A DNA stretch of 64,000 bases from Marsupella aquatica (lineage: Eukaryota > Plantae > Marchantiophyta): NCBI GenBank assembly GCA_973895155.1, contig OZ316899.1:16023974-16087973 (forward strand). The letters run 5' to 3'. Under the pieces are notes generated by a model. The model saw only the letters and a list, made by a program, of their open reading frames with translations, ran no database searches and was not told the origin of the DNA. The translations under genes were made by a program, and so were the position numbers. Each line of letters begins with the position of its first letter. The first letter of the stretch is position 1. Below, piece after piece: positions 49,009-61,900 of this stretch.

Positions 49009-50759
49009 TGTGGCGCATTATCCAAGGCCTCTAACCCCAAGAACTACCCGCAACCAATCATAAACCACTCGTTTATGTTCATCCTCTTGCCATATGGCAA
49101 CTATTTGGCTTGGAAACGCAATCCTCTCCTTCGATCCACACTTGCCGGACTGATTCTTTGACTGGGCTTATGAATTGTGCACAACTAAGACACCTAATTC
49201 CTCTTTAACTTCTTCAGGTATATTTGTATTCCGCCCCCGGAATGTACCTCTACGGCTTAATTTCTTAAGTCGGCTTAAGGTCTTTTTCAGACTGACTCAA
49301 CCCACACTTCACTGACTAAACACTCTCAATCCTCACTTTTCTCTCAGAGTTTGATTGGGCAGTCTCTAATCAAGACAATACGATTGTACTTTTCTCAATA
49401 GTTCACCCTATCTGACTTAAATCGATCAAGCAACAGATATCATAACACTCAACTTCTTGGATGGCAAGAATCTGCGAACTAGGCAACGAGGCCAACTCAA
49501 TTCAAACAATTGCTTAGAAATCCAAGGGAACTGGTGGTTTACTGATACCCCGCGGTCTAGATTTAGCCGAGAGCTTCCTGTGCTCACAACAATACAGATT
49601 TTACACTAGAGCCTTGACTAAGAAAACAACCCCCCCAGCCACGCTGCCCGGGTTTTTATCCTTGCAGCGTGACTGAAAGAAGCGCGGAAATCCTACCCCT
49701 ACAATCCCTACCTGCCACCGTGATAATCCTTTTTATTTAACTAAAACAAAACTAATCTGCCTAAGCCAAAAATCCGATGGATCCGGACCTCTAACACTAA
49801 TCAAACTATTCAAGCCGTCAGAGCGCTACTTGCCCTATCCACATCCTACAACGACCGCGCCCTCCTGGCCCAAGCCCTTCTCCTTCCGCCACGTCCTCCT
49901 TCCAACTGACGATTGGCTCGCCTTAATTGTCAGATGACCGGTGGTAATCCTGAGCCGTCCGACTCTGCACCTTCCCCTGTACTCGGCTTTGGCTGACTCC
50001 CCTCGGCCACGTTCACTACGGCTTTGGGTTCAGCCTCGGCTTCATCCACATCGGCAACGGCCTGGAGAGCTTTTGCCTTAACTTCCTCAATCCAAGCCTG
50101 CTCCCCAATGCGCTCGGTCTCAATAACCTACGGCTTCACGTTCTGGGCGTCCATAGAAGCAGTACCATTGTCTGAACCTGTCACCGCAGCTCCAAGTTGA
50201 TCCGCAGTACTTACCTCTACCACAGCTGCCTTCAGGGCCACAGTACCGCAAATGTGAGCGGCCATGCTCTCGACTTCCTCCGGAGTGGCTTAAGGGGCTT
50301 AACTTTATTATCGCTCGGCCCCATGAACGTCTTTGCCAAATCTGCCACCAACTGCATGGCTTTGCCCCCAGTCACGCTTGACAACAGTGAGCTCGGCTTC
50401 GGCTTTGGCTTCACTGTATTTCCGCCTACCATACTACTGACGGGAAGCCTTTCAGTTGGTGACCCATATCTCGCTTTGGCATACTTCTTCAAATTCTCCG
50501 TTTGATTATCGGCATGCCTCTGCAACCCGATCATCTTATCCTTGGCCTCCTCCAACTCCTGAGATACGTCTTCATGTAACTTCATCGTTAAGCCATAGTA
50601 TCTCAGCCTTGGCAGTCTTCAGCTCCTCATTTAAGATCTGCACGATCTCCAACTCTTGCTTATCTACGGCTGCCTTCAAGGAGTCGTTGATGGTTTCCAG
50701 CTTCGTGACCTCCTCTTTCCATGCCTTCTTTGTCTTCTCTATATCCCCCTGAAGCTCTT
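49009..50759 (-). mobile_element. Family E LTR fragment (diverged relative of family D) with coiled-coil ORF remnant
   Basis: Starts TGTGGCGC and shares blocks with D (TCTGCGAACTA...GAGGCCAACTC, CCTTGCAGCGT). ORF 50232-50585 has RHADNQTENLKK, versus family D RRADNQTERLKK. Confidence 0.7.
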
Positions 50760-52685
50760 TGTGTAGAGTAGGGTTTAGAGTAAGAATAACTATTCTTCTC
50801 TTTAATAGCCTAGATTCGTTCCCGTTAAGAGCTATTGAGACCTAAAAGATTGTAATATGATACTTTGAGTACTTTTGAGTAACATACTCAGGTTACAAGC
50901 CTTTTTAACATGCTCAGGTTTATGGAAGGAATTTTATGATACTTCCATGAAAGGTATGACGTTTGTATCGTCCATAGTGCAATCAAAAAGGGGTAAAAAG
51001 TGTTAAACAAAACCAAAAGCAAGCGGCGTGAAAACTGATAGAAGGCGAGTTATAGATGGAAATATACCCTATCACTACATAGCAACTCATGGCCAGCGGT
51101 AGTACATTAAGAATCATTGGGATAAGTGCTCATGTAAAACTGATGCCTACATATCTTCTTCAAACCAGCCATCTTAGAAAATTATAAAAGATTAGCATAA
51201 GGTAGCCCGTATTGATTTTCTGACCTATGTCAAAGCAAGGTGGTACTAATCACTCCGAACCAACTTATTCTTTTATTCAATCCATCAGATTGTTCTTTTG
51301 GATCTATGCAATTTGTGGAATTCTAGTGGTGAATTTGTATCAGCTCCCTATTGAATATAAGAGCTCTATAGTCAACACGAATCAATAGGCTTTTGCATGA
51401 TCTCATGCATGCGTTTCCAGTCAGCCTACGGGTCAACCAAGCATTACTAGTCACATCAAACAGCTTTTTCTAGTAAGGGATAATCACACACTAAGATTGA
51501 ATCACAAACCATAGATTACCAAAGATTACTAAAATAAACTTCTCATTGATTAATTACTTCAAAGAGAAGGAGACTTAAAGTTGAAAGCTAATTTCATGAA
51601 AGTTATATTAAGTCTGAGGTTCAAGGAAGAATCTCTCCCTTATATATAAGAGAGATCCGCTTGAAAAACTACATGAAAAGACATGCCCTTTCATTATGTA
51701 AAAACTAATAAGGTTAACTAGATAAAAATAACTATACTGTGTGAAAGAGGAGGTCATATCACTTCCTTCCTTCCCTACAAAACATGGAAAATGGTCGGAA
51801 CAAAGGCGGAAATCAAATTTCCGGTTCAACCTCCTTTTGAATATAAATTCCGGTTGAACCTGTTTTTACAGAATCCGGTTCATCCGTCTTGGTGTTTAAC
51901 TATGGCTTTAGGAATTTCTGGCTCTTCAGGAATCTCTGGAGTGATATTGGGAGTAGGTGCTTGACTTTGGAGGGGTTCTATAACATAGGTTACTCCTGTG
52001 GAGGTAGTAACAATGTTGCCAGGGGGAACCGGGTTGGTAGGATACTTGCTCATGAGGGAAGACCATTCGAAAGGTCCGGGAGTGGTGGTAGGAATGGTCC
52101 CTGAGGAAGAGGTGAAATCAGGAGCAGTAGTATCAAGAGTGGTAGGTTCTCCTGATAGAGGGGATGGAGAATACTGAACTGGTGTCTCCCCATCATCCTT
52201 AGCCCAGATCTGGTGTAACTCATTCATTTGGCCCAAAATCTCCTTCATTGCATTCAGGCAGTCCTCAAGTTTATCTCCATAGTCTTGAGAGATACGAATG
52301 ACAGTAGCAAGGCAAGTAGGATTAGGTACTTTTACAAAGTACTCTCGAAAGAGTTCTGTCTGGACCAAATCTCTACCTCTGGTGTTCAGGAAAGGGTCCA
52401 AACGATCCACTAAATCTTCCAGACTCTCAATGGCTTCTTCCTCCTTCTTACTCCTCTGTCTTCTCTCCTTCAACTGGTTTTCACAATCTGTGAGTCTAAC
52501 AGACTTCTCCTTGAGGTCCTTTTCCATTCTCTCCACCTTCTCCTTGTTGCCAGCAGTCTGTATTACATACTCAAAGTTTGCTACTAATTCTGAGACTGGA
52601 ACACCTGCTACTCGAGCCATCTTGGCCAGGTTTTGTTCCATGATACCCATCTTCACTTGTATTGCCTCCATCTCTTGCTGGATGA
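50760..52685 (-). mobile_element. Putative LTR or TE fragment (family F), host of the family G insertion
   Basis: Abrupt switch to AT-rich sequence starting TGTGTAG at 50760. Contains ORF 51880-52671, cut at the family G LTR. Confidence 0.4.
51880..52685 (-). CDS. C-terminal part of an unknown coiled-coil and Pro/Thr-rich TE-associated protein, truncated by insertion
   Basis: Open for more than 263 codons up to the LTR G junction. Heptad-like E/K region followed by a P/T-rich tail. Confidence 0.5.
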
Positions 52686-55600
52686 TGTGACGCCGCCGGT
52701 ACGGCGGTTAATGAGTGATTTGGTCTAACTGCGCTCAGCACGCGCATTAGGAGTGTCTTAGGCCGCTATTATTAGCATAACGACAGTATTTAGGTAATCA
52801 TTATGGGTAGGACATCATTAGGCAATAAGGGGGAATTCAGGTTCGGACTGGCGACGGGTCGCTATTTGCACACCCGGGTTACGAGCGTGGAGGGGCCCCT
52901 CCCTCGGGTCCGTATAACAAACTTAAGGAAGCGGCCACTGACACGCGCTGACTCAGACCGGCGGAGTGGCCGGTACACCACAAGCGTGAGCGGTTCAGCC
53001 TATGGGCGTCGAGGAGATGTCGGGGGATCGGCAAGCCCTCAAGGTATAAAAAGGGAGCCGACCCTTTGGAGTGCACCAGTCCATCAGTCCACGCGCCAGC
53101 TTCGACCCCAGCTCTCTCGTTCGCTCTAAGTCGCCACTACTATCTCCTCTGAATGTTGCACACGATCCTCTCCAGCTCGGCCATTCGATTATGGATGCAG
53201 TTCCTATCTACCGGAAGGCACTTGGCCGACTCATTGAAACACGCCAACCCACCCCGATACGAAATCAAACGCGAGTACGAGAGAGCCATCCGCCTAGCAG
53301 GACGACACCACTACATCCTTAACTTTGACTACCCGTCTCAGAGCGAGCTTTACCGACCAGCAGAGGTATCTGGGTACTTCTTCAACGGAGACAAATATAT
53401 CGGTTTCTGGGAAGCATTGCTTCGGCTTCCAGACGAGGTCTTCAATATCCCGGGTACGATCGACTTGCAACGACATCACTTCGACCACATCCCTGCTCAG
53501 GTTCGGGCTATCATCAACAGCGAGTCCACCACTACCCGTTGGACAAGGTCGTCCGCACTTGCTTCGGAGAACTTCTACCAGCACCTGCAGAGCTTCATGG
53601 GAACTAGACCCGCAACCACCGGCGCCAGCCCAGTGGACACCATACCCGTACCCGTACCAACGCAGACTCAGGCTCAGGCTCAGCTTCAGGCTCAGCTTCA
53701 GTCTCAGCCTCAGCCTAGCCAACCCCCACCGCCGATCGCCCCGCCAGCAGTACAAGTACGCTCCGTCATCAACGCTGTGGACCTTAGCGACGACGACGAG
53801 GCTACCCCACCCTTGCTCAAGCGGCCCAGAGGAGTAAACACTCAGGGGGCCGACACTGCATCGTCCCCTCCCCATGCTCGGACCCAAGGAGTGGCTCCAG
53901 CAGACAACACGGTGACCGTGGCCGCCCCGGGACCAATACTAACGGCGGTAGTACTACCTATGCCCGATCGAGAGGATGTGGAGGTGTCACCTTCCCCGAG
54001 CCAGTCACGGGGGAAGAAGAGGAAGGAACCCGCCACTGCATCCAGGTTACCATTGGCCATGGTAGCCGTGGCCAAGGTAACAATGCACCGCATGGGGGAA
54101 AACGTGCATAAGAACATCCTCCATCCCAAGCATGCGGTGTACCTGAAGACTCAGGGATTCGAGCACCTCGCCGCTCTGCCCTGGAACACTTGCAGGTACT
54201 ACGGGAGGACATGACAGAATTCGTCAAGAATTATGATGATACACGTCAGCATACTCGGCTACAGGGAAGGAATATGTCCCTCACGGAAGAACGGCTCAGG
54301 ATGATCTTCGGATTACCTGAAGGTGACCATCGAGTCGAATCACGGGCTCCCGGGGGCAAGGGAGCCAAGTACCAATCCTCAAGTTTTCCCTCGAAAGGAG
54401 CAGTGGACAACGGGTTTGTGATGAGGACCTGCCTCATCCCCGAGATAGCTGAGCGACTGGAGTTCCAAAGGTACGCCCTCCACATGATGGAACCCCGGGG
54501 GGAGATCTCCGCCACCCAGGTTATCCAGGTCGAGAACTATCGACCTAGGAAGTGGGCGTCGTACTTCGCTAAGAAATTCCATGAAGAGATGGAGCGGCGA
54601 AGGAAGACGCTGTACATTGGCGGGAAGGCGTATTTTGCTAGCCACATCCAGATCATTCTTGAGTGGTACGCTCGGTTTGATCGACGAACCCTTCCCTGTG
54701 TCAACGTTACAAAGCTGGTCCCAGCTAGGTGGGTTTTTCCGGCCTTGGAGAGATGGCCCCAACCCGAGGCCCCAAGTCCAGCGGACACGCCAGCTTCACC
54801 CACCCCACCTCCACAAGTAGCTGTAGTCGTAACCGAGGAGGTACCGGATGGGTCGGTTGTCGCAACCATTGATGCGATCCAACAGGCCGGGCTAAGTACA
54901 GAAGTCGGTACGGCGGAGGTCTTACCCGAGCCCGGGTCTCCCAAAGACCCACCGGTGGCTATTCCGGAGAACCGGACATTGCTGTAGGAGGACACTCCAG
55001 CCCCTTCCAACATTACGTCCCCAGGGCTGGACGTCACTGCCCCGGCCCCCGCGCGTGTTGACGTCTGCCCGTGCCCAACTCCGGACAGGCACAACCTGGA
55101 CCACCCGGAACTCTTCGTACCGGGTATATTTCTGAACGGGCTTCTGGGAGATTTCTCTCATCAAATTGCCCGGGATACCGGGGAGTTCATGGCCCGGAAG
55201 GTAGCCTGTTTCTTCAATCAGGAGTTAGTTGCCGCAGTAAAGGTAGGTCGGGCCCAGTCAGAGGCCCTTCAGAGGATAGAGCGGTACCGGGTGGAGTCCG
55301 TCTACTTAAAGAATGAAGTTGCGGCTCAAGAGGCTGAGCTTCTGCAACTACGACCCAAGGTTGCAGCCGCCGATGATTTGTTAGCAAAGGCGCACGCCCT
55401 TACCGCCCTAGCCGAGCAGGCCAAAGCTGGGAACGAGGCCGAGATTGCATGACTCTGGAACCAGATTGACAGTTTGAAGAATCAAACTATCATCTGGCAG
55501 AAGGACCTGGAGGAGGCCGAAGAACGGGCCCAGCGGGACACTGCGGAGATAGCCACGCTGCAGGCCGAGGTGATGAGGCTCCAAACCAAGGCCGAGAAGC

Positions 55601-56705
55601 AGGACCAGCTGGCGGGTAAACTGACGAGCGACGCCCAGCAGCTGGAGGAGGCATGTCAGGAGGCAGCAGAGGAGACGGACGCGGCGAGGCGAGAGAACGA
55701 ATCTCTGCTGGACCAGGTCCAGCTCCTCAAGGCGGACAATGACAGGCTTCGAAGGTAGCGGGATGGCCGCTCCCATTCGGGCGGCTCTGGCAAGCGTGCC
55801 AGGTATTAGCAGCGGAGCAGGAATAGATTAGGATTAGGACTAGCTTAGTCAGGGTCTTGGGACAGGCACCTGCCTTAGGTACAACAGCGCTGCCATGCTG
55901 TCCAGCCTGCGTAGATTAGGATCTTCTAATAAGACACAGCCGTTTTCCGGCCTGACTGTCAGCTTAGTTAGGACCTTAGTCAGCGAATCTTCGGCGAGAG
56001 GACACCCCGTCCCTCGGCCCTTAGTATTTAGTGCACCCCTCGGTAGAGGCAGGGGGGGTTTTTAGTCTCAGAGTTGGACATCCGTGGTATGTGCTGGGAG
56101 TCCCGGCCTCTAGGAGTGAAAGAGTACCAAGGGGAGGGGGTAGGACTAAGCTCGTCGGGCGAGTGCGGAGCCGGGCTCCGTTGTAGTATACTCTCTTGGC
56201 CTTGAACCTGTTCATTCTGGAGCTATCGGGTCAACCAAGTGTACGCACATGTCCCCTATGTAGTAAAATCCTTTCCCATTATTTCCTTCGTGTAAATCAA
56301 GATTGTATGCTTGTGCGCGTGTATATGTGTGTGAATCTCGTGTATAGGTGACAACGCCGGGCCGAACGCACTACCCGAATCGTGCACGAGGTGCAGCTTG
56401 CGGGGATGTGGTTGCGAGCACGGGTTGAGGACATGTATCATGGAATCCGGATTGAAGGCGGACAACACGAAGGCTTAGAAGTCCTTAAGCCGGGGTCGAT
56501 CCTATTATCGACTAAGGTACGTTCCGGCGGTGGAACACGAACCATATCTAGGAGATGTCTGTATCTAACAGTAGGTGCACTTAGCGCTACTTTACATGAA
56601 TTAGGTGCATTACACGCTTCCCTCCCTGCCCGAACCCTCAAATTTACGAGGGATGTGCCCGTCTAAGCTGAAGTCTGAGTTAAGGCTGAAGCCGACGACG
56701 TGACA
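52686..56705 (+). repeat. Family G 5' LTR
   Basis: The first ~1.2 kb is repeated at 62808-64000. The right boundary is inferred from the CA end, the PBS position and similarity to the family A end. Confidence 0.82.
53153..55758 (+). pseudogene. LTR-encoded accessory protein of family G (about 850 aa)
   Basis: ORF 53153-54214, one frameshift, then same-frame ORFs 54190-54987, 55189-55452 and 55474-55758 separated by single stops. TATAAAA at 53045 upstream. Confidence 0.8.
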
Positions 56706-57044
56706 TAGCCTTTGTTTTGGCGCTAGATGGAGGGGGCACTCTACATATCGTAGAGGGGAGACATGTGCGTATTCACCTAGGCAGGATACATCAGGACGTA
56801 GTACTAACCATCGCATTTATATGAGTAAATTCCCGTCACTCGTTCTCAAGCAGCTTACTTGAGGAGATTGACCAGCGAACGAGAAAGTGCAACCACGACA
56901 AGTTCCGATTCTTCGGGCTCGGAGGACTCGCAATCGCCCCGATGTATGAACATACCCCTTGGACCTTCGGGGTCCGGTTCGACCGGTCCTGCTGCGGTTC
57001 CTCCGCCACCACCACCACCACCGCCACCTCCACCACCACCACCT

Positions 57045-58790
57045 ATGGCAGCCGCCCAACCGATGGCCCGCGCTGCTCAAGCTCCTCCACAAATATCGCA
57101 ACGATCGCGATTTCATTATTGACCTTTCAAGGGGTGTCATGGGGATGATCCGGATGAATGGTTGGATGAGTTTGAAGCCACTGCTAAAGCTAATGGGGAA
57201 GACGCCATTAAGCTAACCGTCCTCCCGGGAGTGATGCGGGGAGAAGCTCGTCCATGGTACAACTCGTTGCCACCCGGGACTACATGGGCACAATTCCAAG
57301 CTGCATTGCTGCAGGAGTTTCGTGCCATTGGATCAGAACAGCGTTCTCTATTAAAGATTGGCCAGCTTTGCATGGGAAAGAAGGAGTCCCTGCAGAAGTT
57401 CATTCAGAAGTTTCAGAAACTTGCGGCCAAGATCCGGCCCAGGCCGGGAGACGCGCTCTAGCTTACATGGTTCCTTCATGGTTTGCCCACGAATATGCAA
57501 TTCTGGGTATGCCAGAATAATCCAATTTCAATGCAGGCGGCCATAGCGTGCGCCGAAACTTACCGGGAGTCCACCTATAACTCCCGGCGGAGCCAGCAAG
57601 CACGCCGCAAGAAGGGTAAGTACAAGACCTTCAGTGACAGTGACTCCGAATCGGACGACGAGAGGAAGAAGAAAAGCAAGAAGAAGAAGAAACATCGCTC
57701 GACCTCGTCCAGCTCGGAGACGAAATCCAGTTTGGATTCAGCTTCAAGCATCGGATCCTCTACCTCCAGTTCATCAGGAAGTGACTCGGAGAGCGAAAGC
57801 CGGAGCAAAAAGAAGAAGAGACGAGTGAAGAAGGAGGGGAAGATCAAACCCCGGGCGCGAAGAATGATACCAGATCCAAAGGCTGCCGAAGCAGACAAGC
57901 TGAACGAAATCACGGATCGACTCAAAGCACTGTCAGTACATCTTGTGGAAAGGCCGGTGGAGAAGAAGAAGCCATCTGAGATTTGAGCCCATGCGTGGTG
58001 TTCAAAGTGCTTCCAATCCGGCCATGTGGTGCAGGAATGCCCAAGGTGGACGAACCGAGTTCACCAAGTAGAGCTGGATGATGTTGACAACCCGGGTCCC
58101 GAATCGGAGTCCACGGAGTATTTCTTTGAGGACCCTCTTGATTCCGTGTACCAGATTTCAACGGTAGGTCTGCGTAATTTAGCGGGTAGAACTGCGTACC
58201 CCTACCCAAACAATGGCCGGAGTTTCCAGGTTATCAGTAACCCGAGCATCCCTCCTAAGCCAGGGATTTGGCGATCCCCGGTTTGTTATAACTGTGAAAA
58301 GCCAGGACACTTTGCGAGGGAATGCACCGAACCAAGACGCCAGGGGGATGGCCGTGGCACGCCACTTTGTCAAGTCTGCAAAACGGAAGCTCATTCCATG
58401 ACCAACTGTCCATTGGTCATGGCCGCTCGAACAAATGCAGCAAGACCAGCCCAGGGCGGACCGACCACGAGTGATCTGGTCGTCCAAATGATTGCGGTGG
58501 AATGGCAGGATGACAATACCGAGTGGGTGAATCTGGTGGACGTGGCGGAACACCCTAATCCATCTGACAAGGCTGAGTGCTATCGTGTGTCAACAAGAGC
58601 TGAACGGAAGGAAGAGAAGCAGGAGGAGAAACGCAGGAAAAAGCAAGATACTACTCCGGTGCAGCCAGCGATAGATATACCCCCGAAGAAGGACGATGAC
58701 TACCGACGGGACAACCCGAAGCTATTTTTCCCCCGCATCGAAGAATTGGTAAAGAAACAGCTGGAGGCCTACGAAGCTCGGGAATACTAG
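57045..58790 (+). pseudogene. Family G gag with a Ser/Lys-rich tract and three CCHC knuckles
   Basis: FKGCHGDDPDEWLDEFE...GEARPWY; CSKCFQSGHVVQEC, CYNCEKPGHFAREC, CQVCKTEAHSMTNC. Confidence 0.85.
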
Positions 58791-58922
58791 AAGGCAATCG
58801 ATAAGGACATCAAAGCAGCCGAGACAGCCCGGCGACAGGAGCAAGAAAAGCAAGATAAGCAAGAGGAAGCCAAGCAGCAGCCGAAGGAAGAAAAGAAGGA
58901 GGACTATGATATTAAGGAGGAC

Positions 58923-61900
58923 GTGAAGAGTTGCCCGGTTATAGCAACAGTAGGACAACTGCTGCAAAACAATCCACAGTACAGACGGCAACTGAGGGAG
59001 TTGCTTACGGGTCGACGACGGAGACGACTACCCCGAGTTGGGACTGCGGATTGCAACATGATATGCGAGGACCTGGGAGCGCCGGACATCTCGATTGAAA
59101 TTAATAATTGTACCATCAAGATGGTTCTCGTAGACGGAGGAGCGGGAGTCAACATCATGACGGAAGAGACGTCAGTCAAGTTAGGATACCTCACGTATCA
59201 ACCCACAGCCCGAGCTATCAGATTAGCAAACGGGGCAAGGGTACTTCCATTGGGCACGCTTACACGGGTACTCACTCTGGTAGGAGGGGTGGAGTTCTAT
59301 CTCAACTTCCTAGTCATGAGGCCGGTTTGGCCCTCCTCTTATCCGGTCCTCCTAGGCAGGCCGTGGCTGTACGGTGGCCGTGTGGTCACGGATTGGGGAA
59401 AGAAGGAGCTACGGTTCGGGACACCCACCGTACGGGTATCATGGGCAATGGACGATTATCAGGGAGAAACCCCACAAGGACCCGAGGAATATGATTCGGA
59501 GACCTTGGAGGAAGAGGAACTCAATATGATTGAACTCATCTCGTCCCTGTCCGAGGAAGATGTCTTTGAAGTTGAAGCAACCCGCGAAACACATCTCCTA
59601 AATTACCCGAGGGCTGCCATTGAGTCCACCCCAAGCACATCTACTGCCGAGGATGAGGAAACGCACGAACAACTCGTCGAGACGGAGGACAAGGCTCCAA
59701 CTAAGCAGGGAGCCGAGGCTGCTTCTACCATCGCAGAGCCTCGTGACCACGAACCTGCCCAACAACCGCCCGAGGCCGAAAACTCGAGACCGAGACATAA
59801 GAAACGAGTCTCATGGGATCCGTCCATTCCGCAATTGGAGGAAGTAACTCCAATCCCAAGACCAATCCCGGTTCCACCCATGTACGGAGGAGTTCGGTTA
59901 GCTGAGCTTGATGCGAGCCTGGACCCGAGCTTGCGAAACTAGGTTGAAGTCATCAGGAAGGAGCACTACCGGAAGTACACCATTGGGATGGACAAATCTT
60001 TTAACTTGGGCCACGCTCTGACAGGGGAGGCTGAAAAATCCATCCAAGCTTTGCTCAAGGAATATGAAGATGTGTTTGCATGGAGCCATCACGATTTAAC
60101 AGGAGTCTCCCCCGAGTTAGGAGAACACACGATCGATTTGAATCTGGGGGCCCATGCAGTACGGTGCGACAACGTCGCATGAACCCAAGGTACTCCAGCT
60201 TAGTGAAGGAGGAAATTGATCGTCTCCTCGCCGCAGATATCATCTACCCGGTAATGGCCAACGACTGGGTCTCTCCCATCGTCATTGTACCGAAAAAAGG
60301 AGGAACGGACGGAAAACCTAAGATCCGGATTTGTCAGGACTATCGTAAGCTGAACGACGCAACCCGAAAAGACCATTACCCGTTACCATTCACGGATATG
60401 GTTCTAGATATGGTAGCCCGAAATGAAATTTATACATTCCTTGACGGGTATTCGGGTTATAACCAAATCTGGATTCGCCTCTTGGATCAACTCAAAACAA
60501 CGTTCACTACGGAATGGGGGACTTTCGCATTTCAGAGAATGCCGTTCGGATTGTGTAACGCTCTGGCCATGTTTCAGCGACTCATGATGAATATCTTCCA
60601 TGACTTCCTACGGGAATTTTTGGAGATATTTATCGACGACTTCGCATCTTTGGAACTGTCGCCATGCACCCCGAACACCTAAGACGTACGTTCCAACGAT
60701 GCCGAGAGGTTAACCTCAAACTACATCCCGCTAAATGTTTTTTTGGGGTAGAGGAGGGAGTATTACTCGGGCATCGTGTGTCCAAACGGGGTATCGAGGT
60801 GGACCAAGAGAAGGTCGCGGCCTGGATGGCGGTGGTGTTTCCCGTAGATCAAAAAGCGGTACGATCCTTCTTGGGCTGTGTACGGTATTACCGTCGGTTT
60901 ATTAAAGACTTTGCTAAAATAGCGCTGCCCTTGACTGAGATGATGAAAAAGGATGCGGTGATCGAGGAGACACCCAAGAGACGGATTGCTTTCGAAGAAC
61001 TCCGTAAAAGACTCACCACCGCACCTATCATGGTCACTCCGGACTGGAATAAGGAGTTCCACATGTATGTCGATGTGTCAGGGTTCTGTATGGGATCCGT
61101 GCTCAGTCAGCTTGATGAGAACGGAGGCGACCACCCCATCTACTTTGCTAGCCATCAATTATTCACAGCCAAAAAGAATTATTCCCCCACTGATCGAGAA
61201 GCTCTGGGAATAATCTACTCATGTAAAAAGTTCCGACACTATCTGCTAGGCTACAAGGTCATATTCCACACGGATCATGATAGCCTGAAGTACATGGTCA
61301 ACAAAGCGGACGTGACGGGACGGATAGCCCGGTGGGTGCTACTTCTCCAGGAATTTAACTACAAAGTTTGGGTTTGGCCCGGAAAGGCACACCTCAATGC
61401 CGACTTCTTTTCAAGGCTGGACGGCGTACCAGTCGATCAGCCAATTGATGATATTTTTCCGGTTGAGGAGTTGTTCCACGTAGGGGCGGGGACGCCAACG
61501 TGGTACGGCTCAATTATCACCTTCCACTTGACAGGCCGCATCCCTGACGGCATCAATCAGGAAGCCGCCGCTGTGTTTCTACGGAAATCCGGGCCTTACG
61601 TCATGGTACAGGGTCACCTACATAAGGAAGGAGTTAATGGGAAGTTATGACGCTGCTTGGAGTATAAGGAGACGCTGATCGTGATGCACGACTTGCATGA
61701 AGAAGAAGCTGGAGGCCATTTCGCGGCTATCACAACAGCCCAAAAGATTCTGGACTCCGGATATTGGTGGCCTACGTTGCATCGGGATGTACAACGCTTC
61801 ATCAAGGGCTGTGACCTGTATCAGCGGGTTGGGGCCCCGAGACGAGCTCATCATCACCCTCTCACGTCCGTACTTCCATTAGCACCGTTCGAAAAGTGGG

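Noticed and set aside
56998-57043. (CCA)n microsatellite and the His-, Trp- or Val-rich ORFs it generates
   Set aside because: Best explained as a poly-Pro tract at the gag start; the other frames are shadows.
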